From contig CM052817.1 of NCBI GenBank assembly GCA_028534125.1, positions 32,118,001 through 32,182,000 of the forward strand: 64,000 bases of DNA, given 5' to 3'. The position numbers and the translations under genes were made by a program. Below are positions 51,812 to 64,000 of the stretch, piece by piece. Under the pieces are notes generated by a model, which saw nothing but the letters and a program-made list of their open reading frames with translations, did no database searches and was not told the origin of the DNA. Positions within the stretch are counted from its first letter, which is position 1, and each line of letters begins with the position of its first letter. This DNA comes from Lama glama. Lineage: Eukaryota.

Positions 51812-53154
51812 AAAAAGAAATATAAATAGGAGTTGTCACAAATTCTCTTTGTACATCCTCCTTCCCCACCCGGCCCCAGAACTGCTGAACTGGGCGGTGG
51901 AAGCTCTGGGAGCCACACAAGGGGTAAGTGGTTTCAGTACTAGTAATAATAATTGCCGCTGCTTTTGCATGCTGACTGTGTGCCAGGCACCATACAAGCC
52001 TTTACATTGTTCTATTGAACTTTTGCAGGAGCTCCACGTGGTAGGCACTATTGATTCTCATTTTATTGTCAAAGAACCAAGGCTTAGAGATGCCGAGCTT
52101 TGCCCACTGTTGCCACTAGCAAGAGGCAGGGCAGAATCAAAGCCAGGTCTCTGACTCGAAGCACAGCTTAGCCACTGTGCTGTGCTGCTTCGGGGATGAC
52201 AGTGAGCACTTGCTGAGGGCTAAGCACTGTGCTGAGCCCCGGACACACACAGGGAACAGGAACGCAGCCTCTGCCCTCGTAAAACTGCCGTCCTACTGGG
52301 CCCTGACCTCCTGGGGGCGCCCTAGATCTGACTGAAAAGGCTTTGATCCGCTTGAGCATGTTAGGCTCTTAAAAAAAAAAAAAGGTCGCAGCATGAAATT
52401 GTTTGCAGGAAATTTTTTAAACCTTAAAATGTGTAATTACACAGTATTGCAGCCCATTTGGAATTCTGCTGGTTCTGAGTCTTGGAATCTTATTATCATT
52501 ATAGCATTATTTCAATGGGAAAATGCATTTTAAGTTTCAAACACTCAACTTATAAACGAACTTTTTAATAAAGTGATTTCTCACATTTTTTTTTAAGAGT
52601 TTGGACTTCCTGAACAACATGCTCAGACAAAGTTATCAAAGCATTTTGGAAAGATCAACAAGAAGCACTGATGAAATTGTCAGATAATTAGAGTATCATG
52701 TTCTTTGAATACTCTGGTTGAGATGATTGCTTCAAAATACTCTATGGTGAGTATAGTCATAGGGAAAGAAACCGTTGCCCCAAGTTCCTTAATGAAAAAA
52801 TAATTTAAAGCCTGATGATATTTTCTTTTCCCAGCTGGAGATAACGTTAAAACCCCTTACTCCCAAAGCCTGGCCCCCGTCAAAGTAAACAACTAGAAGC
52901 TGAATGTATTTCTCTTCATTCCTACCACCGTGACCTGATAGCAGTTGACGTTGCATCCCTAAACAGTAATGGCAAATGTCACAAAAGTAACAATTCTAAA
53001 CACCTGTGTTCTGAGAATCTTTGTTCTTTTATATACTATTGACAAAACATGTTGCTTTGTAGTCTACGAGCCCTTGTGCTTCAACGATTTCTTTTTGATC
53101 ATCATAGTCATCTTTTTAGCTAAAGTTCTAATTATCTATCAGTGTATAATAAGC

Positions 53155-53905
53155 CATGTCTCATGATTTTGTGGTGTTGACCTAAAACAAATAGGCTACT
53201 AGATACTTCTCCAGCAAGATGGGTCTATTCGGGAGACCCATAGCAGAGAATTGCAGTTTGGGGTCGGCAACTATGACAAAGGTATGTGCAAGTCCCCAAG
53301 CCAGAAGGGAAGGAGAACACTTTTATGGAGGAGAAAAGGACATTGGGAGGGCTGTAGTAAATGAAGAACCTCTGGCTTTTCATTGGCTGAGTCCTTGCCA
53401 GGGAAGAAGAGGAGCTCCCCACTTTGGTCTCCCGACTTTATTTAATTGAAGCTTTTGGTTTATTATTTTTTACAGTGGGTTAGAAATTTGGGCAGAACTC
53501 AGCTGGGCAATCCTTTTGTTCCATGCGGCACTGCCCAGGTCACTTGCAGGCGTGTGGATGGTGGCTGGACCGGACCGGAGGGGCCTACCTGGCTTTACTC
53601 ATGTGGCTGTGCCTTGATGAGGGTGGCTAGGAGGACTCATCTGAGTCCCTTAGCTGTTTTCTCTACGTTGTTGGGTGATGGACTTCATTTATGGTGCCTC
53701 AGGCCTCCCAAAGCGAGTTTTCTTGGAGACAGAAAATGGAAGCTTCCAGAAGAGTAAGACCTGGGCTCAGAAAGTGGAACAGTGTCACTTTTGTCATATC
53801 CTATTCACCAAAGTAGTTGCTAAATTCAAGGACAGGGGACAAGCACCCCACCTCTCAATAAAGAAAGGTATCAAAAAGTACGTGGCCACCTTTAATCTGC
53901 CCCAG
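53155..53905 (-). mobile_element. MaLR LTR (MLT1-type) hosting the solo ERV LTR
   Basis: CTCATGATTTTGTGG|GTTAGAAATTTGGGCAGAACTCAGCTGGGC is restored when the insert is removed; GTCACTTTTGTCATATCCTATT motif. Confidence 0.7.
53175..53474 (-). mobile_element. Solo ERV LTR (300 bp, ERV1-like) with 4-bp TSD
   Basis: TG...CA termini; GTGG at 53171-53174 and 53475-53478; minus-strand CCAAT boxes, TATA-like ATAAAA (53321-53326) and degenerate polyA signal AATAGA (53224-53229) in LTR order. Confidence 0.8.
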
Positions 53906-55704
53906 CTAGATTTCAGAAGGCGTTTTTGCATTTTCTAGATGAGGAAACTAATATTCAGGCTAACTGAGTTGACTTGCCCACAGGGCACATCTATCTAGTC
54001 AGTGAGGAAGGTGGGACACCGCCCAGGACTGCTGATTCCAAAGCCGGTATACCTGTGTTGCGGGCGACCTCACTGACCTCAAATATTTTCTGAAGAACCA
54101 AGTATGTAACACCGCTACTTTTTTTCGTTTTGTTTTTTGTTTTGCTTCTTGGCTGTTAAAAGCGATTGAGGGAATTCAGGGCACTTGAGGGGCCAGACGA
54201 GCCATTGAGTGTCTGTGATTCTGATGGGACATGTGCCCAGAGCCTCTCTTTTCCCATTTGACCTGTGTCCTTCCTGAGGCAGGACTGAGGTGAGGGCCCT
54301 GAGGGAAAAGGTGGAGGACTTTCTGCAGGAGGTGGGGGTCGGGATAATTGCAGTAGCACCGGATGCTGCCCTCAGCCTAGGCTGCTGGGTATGTCGCCTT
54401 GAGTTCTGAACAAGCAAGGGGCTTCACCCGTGGACTAAGCACCGTTTATTTGAGATTAATGCGGGTGGAAAACTAGTCAGAGTATAAACAGCCATGGGGC
54501 GAGGAAATAAGTCTGAGTCAATTCGTTGACTAATAAGAATCAGTCCTTTGGAATCCAGCTTTAAGTCGAGACATTACTCAACAAAAGCCAGAGTGTGCTT
54601 CACAGCAGTATTCCTGCACAGTACAAATGGCTTTTTTGAAAAGCACTGCCCAGTACATGACATTTGCTCTATTGCTCAGATTTGGTCACAGGAAATCCTG
54701 GGGTTCTCTCTGGTAGAAGGCAGTTACTTGTCTTTACTAATAAGCTATCCTTTCAATTTCCTTTATCTCAAAACTTCAAAAGATGCTTCTTTTCTCTTCC
54801 AGTGATGCAATGGCTATTCCTTTTTCTTATTACAGTGGTGCCTATTACTATGTTATCTAATATCATTTTATATTATTAATTATGTAATATTTTATTTATA
54901 GTATAATAATACTGCTGTAATAGCTTATTGCTATGGCTGCTATAGCCAACTGCTATGTTATCTTAGATTTAAATTTATTTACCGAGTCTTTGCAAATACC
55001 TCATCTCTCCTCTTCCAAAGGCCTGGAATTTGTTTTAATTGCCTCACAGAAACCTGCCCTATTTTTTTACCAAACAGCCAGAGCACTGAAGAAATCTACA
55101 TCAGATGCAAGGGGGAAAAATTCCCTTCTGAGTGCTTCTGAATGTAACTGTGCTGAACAGCACATAACAGACGCAAAGCCAGGACTTCAAAGTAACAGCA
55201 AAATTAAAGTTCAATCAAAGCATCGTTCACTCAGAACATTTTTGCTTTGTGGATATCAAGTACCACATGTACTTGTTGCAGTGGCTAGAATTTCCATAAA
55301 AGGAACAACAGGAGTGTGAGATTGCATTACCTAAAAGCAATGGTGCTGTTATCACAAAGGGAAAAAAGAAATTAAAGCAGAGGAAAGATGATAGAAGGAG
55401 AGTTAGCTGAGAATGAAAGGCAGAGTGCCTGAGCACTGCCGGGGAGTGTTAGTTGAGCCCATCTGATGTTTCCCCTTATTATCTCCTTTATTTGCAATGT
55501 CTGAGGCTTGGGAAATTTCTGTAATTGATGAAGTATCACCAAGCCTGCCTCTCTGGTCAGGAAAGCCATGCTGGCTCAATTGAGAGCCATGGTTTCTAAA
55601 ATGGGATCTTTTACTCGTGGGTGCAGAAAAAATATTGGAGTTACTATTTTATTTGGTAGTATTTCAGTATTTTACATTTCAATTTGGGGGTTATGTTTTT
55701 AGCA

Positions 55705-55895
55705 AGGCTATTGAAAGTGAGGTCTACCACAGGCAGCATTGCTATCGCCTGGGAATCTGTTAAAACTGCAAATCCTCGGATCACATCTCAAACCTACCGA
55801 AGCACCACCGCTCTGGGGGTGGGGCCCGATGCGCTGGGCTTGAATAAACTCTCGAGGTGATTCTGATACCCGAAGAGTCTGAAGAGCAAACTGGT
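55705..55895. mobile_element. hAT-Charlie MITE (MER5A-like)
   Basis: GCAGCATT..ATCGCCTGGGAATCTGTTAAAACTGCAAAT..CTCTGGGGGTGGGGCCC..AGGTGATTCTGAT. Confidence 0.75.
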
Positions 55896-56719
55896 TTCTA
55901 ATGAATATATTTACAAATGAATACATACAGGTGGGACATGCACGCAGACGTTTTTTACTGCTGAGATGCTCAAACAAAAATATTGGAAGATGATGCTGTG
56001 GTGGAAACTGGCTGACTCAAGAATCATGTATTCTCTTCTTTTTTTTTTTTTCAATTTTGCTAATTAACTCTGGTTAGGGAGGGTCATTTAGCTTTTTTTA
56101 CTTCCTGGGTGAGCTTAAACAATTACTTAATCAGGCTGGAAAATGTATAAAGTGAGATAGTAATCTCACAGGACTGTTAAAGAGCGTTGAGTGAGCTCGT
56201 GTATAGGGGCAGCAAGTAGAGAACCTTGAGCACAAAAGAGACACTTGGTTCCTCTTTTCCCTTATAGCTGTGGACCCGCAGCATCAGCAATGTAAGCTCT
56301 TCTCTTAGTCCCCAAGCACGGCAGTACATGTATGGAAGCTAAAAAAAAAAAACCCAGAAAAACTCTTATGGTCCTATAACCTTATATATTACACTTTGTG
56401 ACACCTTGCCGATAAAGACAGATGGAGAGGGCAGCAGATGAGTTCATTCAACACATTTACCCTTTCCAAGAGTTGCATGTTATTTCCATTGAAATTCCAA
56501 GCTGCAAAGAGCAGTGTCGGTGATGCTGCAGACTGCAGCAGTTCGACACCATGCTGTTGTGAGGAACAGCCAGCAAAACCCGTTACTGACGATCCTCTAG
56601 AGCAAGTGGCCCCTGACTCAAGCTGCGCATGCTTCAGCCTGGCAGCCGGACCCAGCTGAGTTAGCTCCTGGGTGATGAGGAGCAGTATTAGCCAAAGCTT
56701 TTGTCGAAGAGATCTGGGA

Positions 56720-56890
56720 CCTGCGCCTAAACTTCAGTGTTCTTAAGAATCACCTGGAGAGCTTGTGTAGCTGGCACACTGCTAGGCCTCACCCCCCCCC
56801 CAGACATTTTTATTTTATCGTTATGAGATGGGCCTAGGAATCTGTATTGTTAACAAGCTTCCCAGGTGATTTCATTGCAAGTGGTTCATG
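56720..56890. mobile_element. hAT-Charlie MITE (MER5-like)
   Basis: AAGAATCACCTGGAGAGCTTG...GGGCCTAGGAATCTGTATTGTTAACAAGCTTCCCAGGTGAT. Confidence 0.7.
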
Positions 56891-57807
56891 CACAAGAGAA
56901 TTTACATGTCCTGAGTCACAGATGTTTTAGAACTGATTAGCACTTTGGAGATCATTTGGTGTAAGATTTCTTACCCTTTTCCTTCACGAGAGCCAAGACG
57001 ATTGCCATTAAGATAAATGCATGACACTGTCTCATTAGTATATTCACATTTGGCAAAACTACAAAGGATGGGAAGGACGAAAGCATCCCAGAACTACCAG
57101 CAGCAGTCCGTAGTTCCCGGCAGACCACGGCATCCGTAAGACTTTGCTTTACTCAGTTCCCTACTATTGAATGTAACACCACCTCTCAAGAAAACCTACC
57201 AAAATATGAAGGAGAGAGGGGAAGTGATGACACAGAGATGACCTTAAATCCACTCATGTGTTAGAACTAATTCATTAGTCATCTTGAGTACTTTGTTGGT
57301 CATCGATTTCCTGGTGATACAAATCACAGAGGAGACACACCACTGTGGCAGACACTGCGAGTTGTTACTAGTGGTTCCTTGATGTTTCTTTTCCTCTGTC
57401 CTCTGTAATGACCTCCAAATTTTAGCCAGTGGACACCCAGATAAAACGGCTACATTTCCCAACCTCTCTTGCAGCTAGGAATGATCATGGGCCTAAGTTC
57501 GTGACAATGGGATGTAAGATAGAAGTAGTGTGTCAGACGTCCAGGCAGTGTCCTTACAGGGAGGGCCTGCCTCTCCTCCTTTCTGTGGCTGGAATGTGGA
57601 GGAGAAAGCTAAAGCAGCCAGAGGAAAGAAGCACGTAGAAGGACCTGGAGGTTTGCAGTGCTGAGAAATCTAGGCACTGGCCTTGAGAGCTGCCTGAGAG
57701 TGTGATGTTGAAGGAGGGTCTGGGTCCGGGTGTGCATAAGGATGACTGTGGCCTGTAACGATGTATCGAGGCGGATTCAGGAGGGGATGCAGTGAGGTCT
57801 TTACTTC

Positions 57808-58095
57808 CTGTCTTAGTCTGCTCAGGCTGCTATAACAAAATACCACAGACTGGGTGGCTTAAGCAACAGACATTTATTTCTCACAGCTCTGGAAGCTGGG
57901 AAATCCTAGATCAAGTTGCTGGCAGAGTCAGTTCCTGAGGGGGGGCCCTCCGCCTGGCTTGCAGACAGCTGACTTCTCGCTATATCCTTGTACAGCTATA
58001 ACACCAGCCCATCCTTCCCTCTCATGACTTCATCGAAATCTAATTACTTTCAACGGCCCCACCTCCAGATACCGTAACATTAGTACTGGTATTGG
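57808..58095 (-). mobile_element. MaLR LTR (MLT1A-C-like)
   Basis: TGTCTTAGTCTGCTCAGGCTGCTATAACAAAATACCACAGACTGGGTGGCTTAAGCAACAGACATTTATTTCTCACAG. Confidence 0.85.
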
Positions 58096-58099
58096 CTGA

Positions 58100-58455
58100 A
58101 CAATTTTACATCCCCACCAGGAACAGATGAGGGTTCCAACTTCCCCCAGATGTTCACTCACACTTTTCATTTTTTTTTTTATTATAGCTATCCTAGTGGA
58201 TGTAAAGTGATAGCTCATTGTGGCTTTGATGTGCATTTCCCTGATGACTAATGATGTTGAGCATTTTTTCATTTGCTTGCTGGTTATTTGTGTATCTTGC
58301 TTGGAGAAATGTCTATTCAAATTCTTGGCCCATTTTAAAATTTGGTTGTTTGTGTTTTTGCTGTTGAGTTGTAAGAGTTTTTAAAAAAACATATCCTGGA
58401 TACCAAGCCTTTATCAGGTATGTGATTCAAAAATATTTCCACCATTCTGTAAGCT
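58100..58455 (-). mobile_element. L1M ORF2 3' fragment
   Basis: ORF 58030..58320 ([40 protein letters not shown]) matches the L1 ORF2 C-terminal region. Confidence 0.85.
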
Positions 58456-61400
58456 GTATTTTTTTAAAAAAAATTAATCAAATTGATTCAAAGTTATCTT
58501 TATACTAACATAAGTTTCACTCCCTTGCATTCTGATACTCTATCTTAGGCTAGGGCCATGTACATACATACAAATCTATGTTATATATTGCCTCACTCCT
58601 AACCGTCCTAAGTTTGTGGAAACAAGATGCTCATGAAACCACATTTCTCAGGTGTATTATGGCAGAAAAGAGACTGAAAATTGCTTTTCTAGACCTAAAG
58701 GCCAGATTCAAGAATAGGATGATATTTTCCTGATTCCTGCATTACCAAAAGCTGGTACAAAGGTGTGAAGCAACAGCAGGAGGGAGACCAACTAACGTGA
58801 CATGTAGGAAGTCTCCTCACCACCTTGACCTTGCTGTTCCTCAGCCCTTGGATCTTGAGGCGAAACGAAGAAAAGCAACCTCGTTCTGTGACTCTTGTTC
58901 CCAAGGCTGCCTTGTTCAGCAGCCTCCATAGGACAGAGCACATCTCAAGCCATTAGAGTTTGGCTTATTAAAAGGGGACAAGAGTCTCACAAAGCCTCAA
59001 ACACCAGCTTTTTAAAACAAAACTAATAGCAGCGGCAGCAGCATGAGATGCAGCATGAAGCTGAAACCTTTCAGGCCCTGGAGTTGGAAGGGAAGGATAA
59101 GCCCAGAAAAGTGCCCTTAATATGAGGATAAGACGAAGACCGATGGGAATGCATTCTGTTCCTGGCTGACAAAACCACAGAGGATTTCAAATTTCCCAAC
59201 ACCTCTAGACAGGGTCCTAGCAGATGTGGAGCACAGAGTAAAAAGCTTCTTTAACATTCAGCTATAGACTTTCAGATCTGGAAAGTGCTTCATCTTAAAG
59301 GTGACCCACTGGCACTTGGCAGGTAGACACAGCATAAAAGCCACTGACTCTTCCTCATGAACTCAATCCCACTGGCTATCCACAGTCAAATTCTAGATAC
59401 ACCAGAGCTATCTGTTAACATAAGAATAAACTGAAGTTTGCACATGCTAAGTAATGGTCAGTAGAAACCGTGGGTGAACTTGGTGGGTGATGAAAAAGTA
59501 TAGAAAAGCCACTCTGTCCTCTAATCCTTCACCACTTTTCCAGTCCCAGTGGACAAACTGATCACCAGCAGAGAGTTACTCAGTTCTTAGTGGATGACAT
59601 GTCTACTGTGTTTCTGTTACGTGCTGGAGGCAGTCAGAGGCAGAGCTCCTGTTCTGAAGGTGAGGCGGCCGTACAGAGCAGAGGTTTCTTACATGGAGGG
59701 ATGGGGCCTGGCAGAGTGGGGAGGAAGGAGGGCTGGACCCGCTTTGCTCTGCGAGCCAGCACTCTCCTGGTTGCAAGTGACAGAAACCTAATTTGAGTTA
59801 CAGAAGAGGAAACGTATTGTCATGAAACCATTCCCTGGAAGGTTCAGGGATCTGCAGGCTTCAGAAGCAATTGGAACCAGGGCCTAGATAGCCATCAAGA
59901 CAAGGTCACCACATGGGCCGTGTCTGGAAAGCTCTTCCCTCCCACTTAGTTTATCTGCTACTCATTATTCGTGTGTCCAGTCACCTCCTCAGGAAAGCCT
60001 CCCCGTCCTCAGCTCATCTCCCTGACTGAATCACACCCAGGCTGGTCTATTTAAGCCTTTGGGGCAAATTTGAAAAAGGTGACCCTTTTGAGTGGCCAGT
60101 GGCAGTGTGTGAATAGGGTACCCCTTCCTCTGGGCACGTACAGCTTCATGCCAGGCCTCATGGCGTGGTGAGGAGACTCTAAGTGGGATTTCAGCCCACT
60201 TGCCCCCTTGGCTGTGCTCCTCTGTGCAGTATACAAACTGGCCCATCTGGCTTTGGACCCCGTGGTCCTCAGCTAGCTTGGCGGGCTCTGGGAGACCCTC
60301 ATCCTTCTGTTGAGCCTCTCCTCAGCCTGTGCTCCATCTCCAGTGAGGGACCACATTGTGGCCAGGCAGGTGAGAGACTGAATTTACATTGTCAGAGAGC
60401 AAAGTTGGAAAACCAAAGGAAAAAACCCCACAAACTTGTATTCTACTGTACCTGTTTTCCTTATCACTTGTTAAAATAGCAGTATTACTTTGCTTGCTTG
60501 ATTATTTAAGGAATATCTCCCCTGCAAGCTTGAAAGCCCCATGAGGACAGCAACTGGGCCTGTTTGTGCTCAACAAATGTATTATTCCTAGAGCTCAGCA
60601 GTGTCTGGCGTGTGGAAAACCCTCAATAAATAAAGGTTGTTTCATGACTAAACGAACCTGCAAACTGATGAGTGTTTCTTTATTTCTCTTAAACTGGCTT
60701 TTTTTTTTAAATGAGGGGGGAGCCATGGTTGCTGGCAGCTTATAAGCCCACAGACAGAGAAGGCTGCTTCTCCTTAATTCCGAGTTTAAAAATTCCAGGG
60801 AAGGATGCTCATTGGCCCATTTGAGATCACATGCTCACTGGGAGTGGGAAACATCCCAATTGGCAAGTCCCATCAAAGCTCTGTTTGATGAATGGAGGCA
60901 TGAGCAGTTCCCCAAAGAAGAGGAGGCTCTTTGGGCAAAAGAGGGGAAGGCTGGGCAGAAATGACTCCAAATGGCCCCTATGCTGCCACTGACTTGCCAT
61001 GGGCTGGTCACTTCTGTCTGTTTCCTCACCTGTGAAATGAGGGAAGGAGCTGAGCTCACCTGTGAGATCATCCAGCCCAATGTTCTATTCCCTTTTGTTC
61101 TGGTTCTGGTTCTGGTTCTGTTTCCTCCTGCGAAATTCTGTTCTAGTGCCGCAGGTGTTAAGTGGAACGAGACATGACTGTGGGCAGCCTCAGTCAAGGA
61201 GGGCTTAATGGAGGTGAGCGTTACGCTGAGCAGGAAGGGCTGAGGAGGAGTTGTACAGGAGAGAGAGGGGAGGGGAGGCTTTTCAGGGTGAGAGGCTGGC
61301 TGGGGAAAGTATGATAGGTCTTGGTGTTGAGCCATTTGTTTGCTAGAAGTTTTTTTTTTTTTTGTATAAATATCTTTGTAAGGGGTACCAAGTTAACTCA

Positions 61401-61569
61401 CCTATATTTTCTCTTGAATTAGCTTATTCAAGAACAGCAAGCTGGTCATCCACAAGGATCTGAGGGAATGAGACATTGGACAGGTAAGTTTTAATAATCA
61501 AAATAGGTGTTGAGTACAAGCATCTCTTGGTTGTACGAATTAGGCTGATCACCATGGGGTCTATATATA

Positions 61570-64000
61570 CAGTTGACCCTTGAACATGGTTTGAACCATG
61601 TTGGTCCACTTTTCTGCAGATTTTTTCAATAAATATACAAAAATACACATGAAGAACATCATGTGCAAGATTTGTGATGAAGTGGATAGCCTATCCTTAC
61701 ATAGGCATAAGGTGAGTGATATTTAATATAAAATTAATAATGTGCTAGTTTGCTTACTGTTTTATAACTTTGCTTTCAAAGAATGACATTAGCATGCAAT
61801 ATGCTTCTCTCTCTCATAATTGGTGAAACTGTGTATCAGCCTATGATCACAGGTAAGCAGGTTTTTTTTTTAATGCCACTGCCAGCCATGCTGCCATCCC
61901 CTCCCACCCTGCACCTGTCACTGCATGCTCTGCACACTAGCTGAGTGATTTTTTAAAAAAGTAACAAGGTTTCCAACATTGTATTATTATTCTTTTTTAA
62001 TTGAAGTATAGTCAGTTTACAATGTTGTGTCAATTTCTGGTGTACAGCATAATTTTTCAATCATATATGTTCATACCTATATTCCTGTTCATATTCTTTT
62101 TCATTATGGGTTACTACAAGATATTGAATATGGTTCCCTGAGCTATACAGTATAAAACTTGGTATTTATCTATTTCTGAAAATTAAAAAAATTTTTTTTG
62201 TTTATCTATTTTATATATAGTAGTTAGTATCTGCAAATCTTGACCTCCCAATTTATCCCTTCCCTCCCTATCACCCTGCTGGTAACCATAAGTTTGTTTT
62301 CTATGAGTCTGTTTCTGTTTTGTAAATAAGTTCATTTCTCTTTTTTTTTAAAGATTCCACATATAAGTGATATCACATGGTTTTTTCTTTCTCTGTCTGG
62401 CTAAATTCACTTAGTATGATAATCTCCAGGTCCATCCACGTTGCTGCAAAGGGCATTATTTTATTACTTTTTATGGCTGAGTAGTAGTCCATTGTATAAA
62501 TATACCACAGCTTTTTTATCCAGTCATCTGTTGATGGACATTTAGGTTGTTTCCATGTCTTGCTATTGTATGTAGTGCTGCTATGCACGCTGGGGAGCAT
62601 GTATCTTTTCAAATTAGTTTCCTCTGGATATATGCCCAGGAATGGGATTGTTGGATCATATGATAAATCTATTTTTAGTTTTTTAAGGGACCTCCATACT
62701 GTTTTCCATTATGGCTGCACCAAACTACATTCCTACCAACAGTGTAGGAAGGTTCCCTTTTCTCCACACCCTCTCATTTGTGGACCTTTTTAATGATGGC
62801 CATTCTGACCAGTGTGAGGCGATACCGTATAGTTTTGATTTTCATTTCTCTGATAGTTAGTGATATTGAGCATTTTTTCATATGCCTATTTGCCATTTAT
62901 ACATCTTCATTGGAGAAATGCTTGTTTAGGTCTTCTGTTCATTTTTGGATTGGGTTGTTTGTTTTTTTGTTATTAAGTTGTATGAGCTGTTTATGTATTC
63001 TGGAAATTAAATCTTTGTCAGTTGCATCATTTGCAAATATTTTCTCCCAGTCTGTAGGTTGTCTTTTTGTTTTGCTTATGGTTTCCTTTGCTGCGCAAAA
63101 GGTTTTAAGTTTGATTCTGTCCCATTTGCTTATTTTTGCTTTTATTGCTATTGCCTGGGTAGACTGCCCTAGGAGAACATTGCTAAGATTTATGTCAGAG
63201 AATGTTTTGCCTCTTTTCTTCTAGGAGGTTTATAGTGTTTAAGTCTTTGATCCATTTTGAGTTTATTTTTGTGTATGGTGTGAGGGAGTGTTCTAACTTC
63301 ATTTATTTACATGTGGCTGTCCAGCTTTCCCAACAACACTTGCTGAAGAGACTGTCTTTTCTTCATTGTATATTCTTGCCTCCTTTGTCAAAGATTAATT
63401 GACTGTAGGTGTGAGGGGTTTATTTCTGGGTTCTCTGTTCTGTTCCATATATCTGTTTTTGTGCCAATACCACACTGTTTTGATTACTATAGCTCTGTAG
63501 TATTGTCTGAAGTCTGGGAAGATTATTCCTCCAGCTTCATTCTTTTCCTTCAGTATTGCTTTGGCAATTCTGGGTCTTTTGTTCAACACTGTATTATGAA
63601 TATGACTATGATCCTACATGCCATAAAATTTTTATGATTCATTCATTAGTGTATAGGCTAGGCTACTGGGAAGCAATTATACCAATTATATTAGGCAACC
63701 ATAAAGCAATTGTATTGCTGCTTCTCTGTTATCAATGCATGAGTCGTTATACCTGTAAATAAATATGAATTTCTTTTTCACATTATCTTTTCACTTTTGA
63801 TGACAAGTGTTAGTAATATATATAGTGTCCATAGTGTTTTGTGTTATGTAAAACAATACTGATATAGGTACTAACAAATGGCATAAACTTACAGCATCAA
63901 TACAGTACTATAAATGTATTTTGTCTTATGATTTTCTTAATAATATTTTATTTTCTCTAGCTTACTTTATTATTAGAATACAGTATAAAATACATATAAT
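61570..64000. mobile_element. TcMar-Tigger element (Tigger2-like), interrupted by an L1 and running off the window
   Basis: TA + CAGTTGACCCTTGAACA TIR at 61570; Tigger2-like subterminal AATATTTTATTTTCTCTAGCTTACTTTATT..AGAATACAGTAT near 63940-63990. Confidence 0.75.
61988..63583 (-). mobile_element. 5'-truncated lineage-specific L1 (~1.6 kb) with 14-bp TSD
   Basis: ORF2 peptides [30 protein letters not shown] and PRIAKAILKEKNEAGGIIFPDFRQYYRAIVIKTVWYWHKNR; TSD CAACA(T/C)TGTATTAT at 61974-61987 and 63584-63597. Confidence 0.92.

Noticed and set aside
61097..61120. (GTTCTG/GGTTCT)n short tandem repeat giving RTRTRT or VLVLVL in ORFs
   Set aside because: A four-unit simple repeat with no sign of coding or structural role.
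62373..63589. ORFs with recognisable protein similarity
   Set aside because: Fragments of a truncated, frameshifted L1 ORF2, not a host gene.

Overview
This is mammalian genomic DNA, not prokaryotic. It is most likely camelid, judging from Vic-1-like tRNA-derived SINEs and a cetartiodactyl-type L1 3' end. The window holds one protein-coding gene on the + strand, CWH43 (PGAP2-interacting protein, GPI-anchor lipid-remodelling family), running from a CpG-island promoter (ATG 5285) to TGA 44970-44972 and AATAAA at 45133. I can read 15 coding exons, all with canonical GT-AG borders and consistent phases, totalling 1950 nt. One ~150-nt exon (exon 12 of the 699-aa human form) is not visible and most likely lies in the 500-N gap at 30927-31426. 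The rest is intronic and intergenic DNA rich in L1, L2, MIR, MaLR/ERV LTRs, Tigger and hAT elements, several nested with readable target-site duplications (TSDs). Almost all ORF-track entries are spurious, repeat-derived or partial exon overlaps. I found no evidence for a new biological system. The best second-look items are the missing exon, a ~29-bp hairpin at 49541-49630, two solo LTRs and the nested insertions. Repeat subfamily names and human protein comparisons are from memory, not from searches.
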